NCBI GenBank assembly: GCA_050949505.1
Contig: JBMNFV010000001.1
Span: forward strand, 445,625 to 509,624
DNA from: Patescibacteria group bacterium
GTDB lineage: Bacteria; Patescibacteriota; Patescibacteriia; Patescibacteriales; UBA12465
DNA length: 64,000 nucleotides
Direction: 5' to 3'
The notes under the pieces are model-generated. The model was not told where the DNA came from, made no database searches, and was given only the letters and a program-made list of their open reading frames with translations. How positions within the stretch are numbered: the first letter of the stretch is position 1; every line of letters begins with the position of its first letter. The position numbers and the translations under genes are program-made. Below are positions 58,226 through 64,000 of this stretch, piece by piece.

Positions 58226-60061
58226 ATTAAGAAACTTTTTGACTTACAAGCTAACTTTAAGCCAGCTGGTGATCAACCAGAGGCAATTAATAAGCTGCTA
58301 GCTGGCCTAGAAGCAGGTTTTCAGGCACAAACCCTGTTGGGAGTTACTGGTTCAGGCAAGACCTTTACTATCGCTAATATTATTCAGCAGTTTAATAAAC
58401 CAGTCTTAGTAATTGCGCCTAACAAGTCCTTAGCGGCCCAACTGTACCGCGAGTATAAGAACTTTTTTCCCAATAATGCTGTTCATTACTTCGTTTCCTA
58501 TTACGACTATTATCAACCCGAGGCCTATCTGCCCACCACGGACACTTATATTGATAAAGAAGCAATGATTAATCAGGAAATAGATCGCTTACGTCACGGG
58601 GCTACCTCCGCCTTATTATCTCGTCGGGATGTAATTATTGTCGCCTCGGTTTCCTGTATCTATAATCTGGGGGTACCCCTAGCCTATCTTGATGCCCGAC
58701 TAGTCCTTAATGAGGGGCGAGCGATGGTCCGAGAGGATTTAATTAAACAATTAATCAAAATTCAATTTGAACGCACCACCGGAGAGATTAAACGAGGTCA
58801 ATTTAGAGTGAGGGGAGATATTTTTGAAATTAGACCTAAGTCTGAAAACCTGATCTACCGATTAAGCCTAGCGGAGCAAAAGATTTCCGCTATTAAGGTA
58901 ATTGACCTAGATACCAAGAATATTATCAATCAGTTAACTGAGATAGTCATTTTTCCCCCTCAACACTTTATCTCTACCGAGCCACAGCTAGCTAGTGCCT
59001 TAAAGAATATTAAGGCCGAACTAACCGATCGACTTAGTTATTTTAAACGCCAGGGATTATTATTAGAAGCCGAACGTCTAGAGCGCCGAACTAATTACGA
59101 CTTAGAAATGCTTCGCTCTCTAGGCTATTGTCACGGGGTAGAGAACTACTCTCGTCATCTTAGCGGTAAGTTGGCGGGAGAGGCTCCGGACTCCTTGTTG
59201 TCATATTTTCCTAAAAAAGATGGTCGGCCAGACTTTCTATTGGTAGTAGATGAGTCTCATTTAAGTCTTCCGCAAATTCGGGGAATGTACAATGGCGATC
59301 AAGCTCGGAAAAAGACCTTAGTGCAATATGGTTGGCGACTACCCTCAGCCCTAGATAATCGTCCTCTTAAATTTTCCGAATTTGAAGAAAGAATTAATCA
59401 AGCCATTTTTACCACCGCTACTCCCGGAGCCTACGAAAAAACTCATAGCCAACAAGTTGTAGAGCAAATGATTAGGCCAACTGGACTAGTTGATCCTGAG
59501 ATAGAAATTAGACCAGTCTTTGATGAGGCCAAAAACTACAGTCAGATTAATGATGTTATTTTAGAGATTAATAGGATTGCCAAATTAAAGGAACGAGCGA
59601 TTATTAATACCCTAACTAAACGTCAAGCGGAGGACTTAGACGCCTATTTAAAAACTCAAGGAATTAGGTCTAACTACCTGCACTCTGATATAAAAACTTT
59701 AGAACGAACTGAGATTCTAAAGAACTTTAGAGCTGGGGAATTTGATGTTTTAATTGGCGTTAACCTGCTCCGGGAAGGCTTAGACCTGCCAGAAGTGACC
59801 CTAGTGGCTATTTTAGATGCTGACCGAGAGGGTTTCTTGCGTAGTCAAACTGCTTTAATTCAAACCATGGGACGAGCCGCTAGAAATGTTAAGGGAAAAA
59901 TTATTCTCTACGCTGATAATACTACTGACTCCATTCGCCAAGCGGTCAAAGAGTCTAGTCGTCGTCGGAAAAAACAATTAGCCTATAATCAACAGCATCA
60001 AATCATTCCTCAGACTATTGATAAGAAAATTGAGGAGTGGTTAGACTTAACTACCAACTAA
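58226..60061 (+). CDS. uvrB: Excinuclease ABC subunit B (probable ATT start; no C-terminal UVR domain)
   Basis: FKPAGDQPEAI, LGVTGSGKT, YYDYYQPEAY, VDESH, NLLREGLDLPEV, GRAARN. Confidence 0.96.
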   Translation: MKKLFDLQANFKPAGDQPEAINKLLAGLEAGFQAQTLLGVTGSGKTFTIANIIQQFNKPVLVIAPNKSLAAQLYREYKNFFPNNAVHYFVSYYDYYQPEAYLPTTDTYIDKEAMINQEIDRLRHGATSALLSRRDVIIVASVSCIYNLGVPLAYLDARLVLNEGRAMVREDLIKQLIKIQFERTTGEIKRGQFRVRGDIFEIRPKSENLIYRLSLAEQKISAIKVIDLDTKNIINQLTEIVIFPPQHFISTEPQLASALKNIKAELTDRLSYFKRQGLLLEAERLERRTNYDLEMLRSLGYCHGVENYSRHLSGKLAGEAPDSLLSYFPKKDGRPDFLLVVDESHLSLPQIRGMYNGDQARKKTLVQYGWRLPSALDNRPLKFSEFEERINQAIFTTATPGAYEKTHSQQVVEQMIRPTGLVDPEIEIRPVFDEAKNYSQINDVILEINRIAKLKERAIINTLTKRQAEDLDAYLKTQGIRSNYLHSDIKTLERTEILKNFRAGEFDVLIGVNLLREGLDLPEVTLVAILDADREGFLRSQTALIQTMGRAARNVKGKIILYADNTTDSIRQAVKESSRRRKKQLAYNQQHQIIPQTIDKKIEEWLDLTTN

Positions 60062-60063
60062 CT

Positions 60064-62619
60064 ATGCCATCATTTCAAGAAAAAATTAATATTCGGGGAG
60101 CCCGGATGCATAATTTAAAAAACATTAACTTAGATATACCACACCACCAATTAACCGTGATTACCGGGGTGTCTGGTAGTGGTAAGTCTTCCTTGGCTTT
60201 TGATACCCTATTTGCTGAGGGTCAGCGACAGTACGTAGAGTCCCTATCTCCTTATTTACGTCAATTTTTAGGCCAAAAAAAGCCCGCACAGGTTGATGAG
60301 ATTATTGGTCTAGCCCCCGCTATCTCTATTGACCAAAAAGCCCTCTCTCATAACCCTCGCTCAACGGTTGGCACCCTAACTGATATCTATGACTACCTAC
60401 GCGTCCTCTATGCCCGCGTGGGAGAAGTTTTTTGCCCTCAATGTGGGGAGCAGATAGAAAAGCTATCCCCTGAGGAAATGGTAGATATTATTATCAAGCG
60501 TGGTCAAGAGCTAAAAGAAGAATCGGTTAAAATTTTGTCACCCATAGTGCGGGGACGAAAAGGCGAACACTATCAAACTCTTTATAACTTTCTCTCCTTA
60601 GGCTATAGCGAGGTAAGGGTTGATGATCAAGTTCACTCTCTGCGAGATAATATTAAAATTAATCCTAAGCAAGCTCATAATCTAGAGATTATAATTGACC
60701 AAGTTTTAATTAAAGATGAAACGCGCCTTTTTGAAGCGGTAGAGAGCGCCCTGGAGGCTAGTCAGGGACTATTAATTGCTCAATATCAAGAAAAAGAATT
60801 CCTATTATCAACTAATTGGACTTGTCCGCGAGATAATTTTTCTTTCCCCGAACTAGAGCCTCGTCTTTTTTCTTTTAACTCTCCCTTTGGTGCTTGCCCT
60901 GAGTGTTCTGGTCTAGGGCGACTGAGCTTCTTTAAACCTGACCCTTGTCCGCTTTGCCAAGGAACCAGATTACGAGCCGAGGCCTTGGCCGTTAAGTTGC
61001 AGGGGAAGAGTATTGCTGACCTAGGAAAAATGTCTCTAGGTCAGGCCTTAGATTTTTTCAATAACTATTATGAGCACTTAGGTCAGCGAGAGCGGACTAT
61101 TGTTGAAAATGTTATTATTCAAATAATTAGTCGTCTAGAATTTTTATTAAAAGTTGGCCTACATTATCTTACTCTCGCTCGTGAGGCTCATTCCTTATCC
61201 GGCGGAGAAGCCCAAAGAATTAGACTAGCCTCACAAATAGGCTCTCAATTATCTCACACTCTCTATGTTCTTGATGAACCAACCATTGGTCTCCATGAGC
61301 GAGATACTGAAAAACTAATCGCTACTTTAAAAAAATTACGAGACAAGCATAATACAGTAGTGATAGTAGAGCATGATGAGAAAACTATTTCCGAGTCCGA
61401 CTACTTAGTGGATCTAGGGCCTCTAGCTGGAGTTCAGGGTGGGGAAGTGGTTGCCCATGGTCCCAGTCGGGAACTATTAAAACCGGCTGGAACTAAAAAA
61501 TTTCCCCGGTCCCTTACCCTAAAATACCTTAGTGGTCAGGATAGTATTCCCTTGCCAGCAACTCGCCGAACTAATAAGAGCGGGGAATTGAAAATTAGAG
61601 GAGCTCGGGCTAATAATTTAAAAAATTTAAATGTAAATATCCCCTTAGGTCGTTTGGTGGGTATTAGTGGAGTCTCTGGCTCAGGTAAGTCATCGCTTCT
61701 TTATAAGGTGATCTATGAAAACCTAATTAAACTAAAGCTTCGTCCAGGTCAAGCTAAACTAAGTGAAGTCAAGGAACTTAAAGGAGCGGAATATATCAAC
61801 AAGGTGGTGGTAATTAATCAATCACCTATTGGTCGCACTCCTCGCTCTAATCCCGCCACCTACACCGGCATCTTTACTCCAATTAGAGATTTCTATGCCT
61901 CCTTGCCTGAAGCTCGTGAACGAGCTTATGCTCCCGGTCGTTTTTCTTTTAATGTGGCCGGCGGACGTTGTGAGGCTTGTCAGGGAGCAGGCTTTAATTT
62001 AATAGAAATGCATTTTTTGCCACCTGTGTTAGTTGAATGTGAAATTTGTCGCGGTCAACGGTTTAACCGAGAAACTCTGCAAATTAAATATCAGGGAAAG
62101 AACATTGCTGATGTATTAGACCTAAGTATCACTGAGGCAATTAGTCTTTTTAAGGACCACTACCTGATTGTTGATAAGTTAAAAGTTTTACAATCAGTTG
62201 GCCTAGGCTATCTCAAGCTAGGCCAAAGCGCTACCACCTTGTCAGGCGGAGAAGCTCAACGAATCAAGATTGCCAAAGAGCTCACCCACACTCTGGGCAA
62301 GCGAACTCTATATCTACTAGATGAACCCACTACCGGTCTGCATTATCAGGATATAAAAATGCTCTTATCGGTTTTAAACAAACTGGTAGAGCGGGGTAAT
62401 TCCGTTTTAGTAATTGAACACAACCTGCACCTACTTAAGGCCTTGGATTATCTAATTGACCTTGGTCCTGATGGCGGTGACGAGGGTGGCCGACTCTTAG
62501 CCAGCGGTACCCCAGAGGAGCTAGCTAAAGACCCTAAGAGTCTGACCGGGCAATACCTTCTACCTTATCTAAAGGATAAGTTTATTAAGCGAAGCCCTAA
62601 TCAACCAATTAATCCTTAG
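60064..62619 (+). CDS. uvrA: Excinuclease ABC subunit A (insertion domain absent)
   Basis: Two GVSGSGKSSL, two LSGGEAQR, Zn-finger CxxC pairs; start at ATG 60064. Confidence 0.97.
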   Translation: MPSFQEKINIRGARMHNLKNINLDIPHHQLTVITGVSGSGKSSLAFDTLFAEGQRQYVESLSPYLRQFLGQKKPAQVDEIIGLAPAISIDQKALSHNPRSTVGTLTDIYDYLRVLYARVGEVFCPQCGEQIEKLSPEEMVDIIIKRGQELKEESVKILSPIVRGRKGEHYQTLYNFLSLGYSEVRVDDQVHSLRDNIKINPKQAHNLEIIIDQVLIKDETRLFEAVESALEASQGLLIAQYQEKEFLLSTNWTCPRDNFSFPELEPRLFSFNSPFGACPECSGLGRLSFFKPDPCPLCQGTRLRAEALAVKLQGKSIADLGKMSLGQALDFFNNYYEHLGQRERTIVENVIIQIISRLEFLLKVGLHYLTLAREAHSLSGGEAQRIRLASQIGSQLSHTLYVLDEPTIGLHERDTEKLIATLKKLRDKHNTVVIVEHDEKTISESDYLVDLGPLAGVQGGEVVAHGPSRELLKPAGTKKFPRSLTLKYLSGQDSIPLPATRRTNKSGELKIRGARANNLKNLNVNIPLGRLVGISGVSGSGKSSLLYKVIYENLIKLKLRPGQAKLSEVKELKGAEYINKVVVINQSPIGRTPRSNPATYTGIFTPIRDFYASLPEARERAYAPGRFSFNVAGGRCEACQGAGFNLIEMHFLPPVLVECEICRGQRFNRETLQIKYQGKNIADVLDLSITEAISLFKDHYLIVDKLKVLQSVGLGYLKLGQSATTLSGGEAQRIKIAKELTHTLGKRTLYLLDEPTTGLHYQDIKMLLSVLNKLVERGNSVLVIEHNLHLLKALDYLIDLGPDGGDEGGRLLASGTPEELAKDPKSLTGQYLLPYLKDKFIKRSPNQPINP

Positions 62620-62625
62620 GGTATG

Positions 62626-62658
62626 AAAAAACCCGTTTTGTCGAAACAAAACGGGTTT
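62626..62658 (-). terminator. Intrinsic terminator with UUCG loop (may also terminate uvrA)
   Basis: Minus strand aaacccgttttgt-TTCG-acaaaacgggtttttt. Confidence 0.8.
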
Positions 62659-62906
62659 ATAAAGGAGGACTATGTTAAAATTTTTTTGAGTTGTGAGCAG
62701 GGTACACCCGGGTCGAGCAAATAAGCTATGTATTGTCCAAGTCGTCACTTGAAACAACAGCCTTATTATTATTTCGAGCGGGACCGGCTCAGATCAACTC
62801 ACTGTCCTCCTTTCTAAAGAACGGAAGCTAATTGAGAAGTTGGCAGAAACTTGAACTATCTACGCTGAGATGGGGTTTAGTTTGTTGCGACTTCTCTCAT
62901 TAACTA
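62626..62906 (-). ncRNA. Putative stand-alone structured ncRNA (~280-290 nt)
   Basis: Perfect TTGACA-17-TATAAT (62941-62913), two long hairpins, terminator, no credible ORF. Confidence 0.65.
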
Positions 62907-63045
62907 AGAATCATTATACACTAGATTGATATTATTGTCAAGAGGGAATTGGGGATAAGTCTTAATTGAACAATTATAGCAATGGTGGGTATAATTTAAG
63001 AAGATAAGATAATAGAGTTATTAATTAAAATATTATTTATTAGCC

Positions 63046-64000
63046 ATGACCTTAGCTCAACTTAAAACCAAAGCTCAATCAGCTCCAAATTCTCCAGGAG
63101 TGTATTATTGGTACAATCAAGAGCAAGTAGTGATTTATGTGGGCCGAGCAATGAATCTAAGAAATAGGCTTAGTCAATATTTTTTGAAAAATATTAATTC
63201 TAAGACGGCTGAAATGATGAGCTTAGCTAGTAATTTAAAGTATCAAGAAACGGAAACCTTGCTAGACTCAATTATTTTAGAAGCTCGGGAGATAAAAAAA
63301 TATTGGCCTAAATATAATATCGTTGATCGCGATGATCGCTCCTTTCTTTACGTCGTTATTCCTAAAACCGACTATCCTAAGCCCATTATTGTTCGCGGTA
63401 CAGATTTACAGAAATTCCCCCTGGGTCAGAATCAAGTTTTTGGTCCCTATCAGTCTTATCATTTATTAAAAAGCGCCTTAAGATTAGTAAGAAGAGTTTT
63501 TCCCTATAGCACTTGTCGCCCTGGTCAAGGACAGGCCTGCTTTGATTATCAAATTGGCCTTTGTCCGGGAGTTTGTTTGAATAAGATAACGGTTAAGGAT
63601 TATCAAAAAAATATTAATCAATTAAGCGCGCTCTTAAGTGGCTCCAAAAAAAGACTATTAAGTCAATTACAACGAGATAATCCCGAAAAATTAAAAGCCC
63701 TCAAGCACTTACAGGATGTTTCCTTGTTGAGCCGAGAAAGCAATTTAGATGAACAGTTAGTTAATCGCCTAGAGGCTTATGATGTTTCTCACCTTCAGGG
63801 CCAGGAGACTTACGGAGCAATGGTTGTTTTTGAAAATGGTCAAGCTAATCCTAAAGAATACCGACTGTTTAAAATTAAGCAAGCCCCTCCAGGAGATGAT
63901 GAACGGGCCTTGGAGGAAATGCTTAAAAGGCGCTTAGCTCACCCAGAATGGCCACTGCCGGAGTTAATAATCATTGATGGTGGTCGTCCGCAGGTTAGTT
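63046..64000 (+). CDS. uvrC: Excinuclease ABC subunit C (compact; 3' truncated by window)
   Basis: PGVYYW...IYVGRA (GIY-YIG), Cys cluster, RLEAYDVSH, YRLFKI, IIIDGG. Confidence 0.95.
   Translation, partial: MTLAQLKTKAQSAPNSPGVYYWYNQEQVVIYVGRAMNLRNRLSQYFLKNINSKTAEMMSLASNLKYQETETLLDSIILEAREIKKYWPKYNIVDRDDRSFLYVVIPKTDYPKPIIVRGTDLQKFPLGQNQVFGPYQSYHLLKSALRLVRRVFPYSTCRPGQGQACFDYQIGLCPGVCLNKITVKDYQKNINQLSALLSGSKKRLLSQLQRDNPEKLKALKHLQDVSLLSRESNLDEQLVNRLEAYDVSHLQGQETYGAMVVFENGQANPKEYRLFKIKQAPPGDDERALEEMLKRRLAHPEWPLPELIIIDGGRPQVS

Noticed and set aside
62569-62757. 62-aa minus-strand ORF
   Set aside because: TTG start inside a stem; runs through the terminator into uvrA; no motif
1-64000. CRISPR array, prophage, retron/DGR, recoded stop codons
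   Set aside because: No spaced repeats or cas, reverse transcriptase, integrase or virion genes seen; core genes translate intact in code 11

Overview
Chromosomal window from a small-genome bacterium that I infer is Patescibacteria/CPR (Parcubacteria-like). The inference rests on AT-rich translation starts without Shine-Dalgarno sites, a CPR-type surface protein, a DhnA-type aldolase and reduced enzymes; the genetic code looks standard. Housekeeping content: ackA-pyk-eno, lemA/TPM, rlmH, alkD-like, hup, parAB, dnaE, rodA, rplY, rpmE-prfA-prmC, greA-lysS, znuACB, uvrB-uvrA-uvrC, rnpB, tRNA-Leu(CAA) and tRNA-Gln(CTG). There is also a surface/glycosylation region (ECF sigma and putative anti-sigma, methyltransferase, S-layer-like protein, O-antigen-ligase/TPR protein, papain-like-LTD-LamG protein, glycosyltransferases, flippase) and scattered ORFans. 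No CRISPR array, rRNA or intact mobile element was seen. The main novel signals are non-coding: (1) a stand-alone structured ~290-nt RNA unit between uvrA and uvrC; (2) a ~460-nt multi-domain structured RNA before the S-layer-like gene; (3) a recurring sigma70 promoter + boxA-like leader on ORFan genes, two of which share a homologous hairpin with compensatory changes; (4) a palindrome array at a small HTH gene. UvrABC also looks jointly reduced (UvrA lacks the insertion domain; UvrB and UvrC both lack the UVR coiled coil), and uvrB appears to start at ATT. All calls were made by eye; no searches or folding programs were run.
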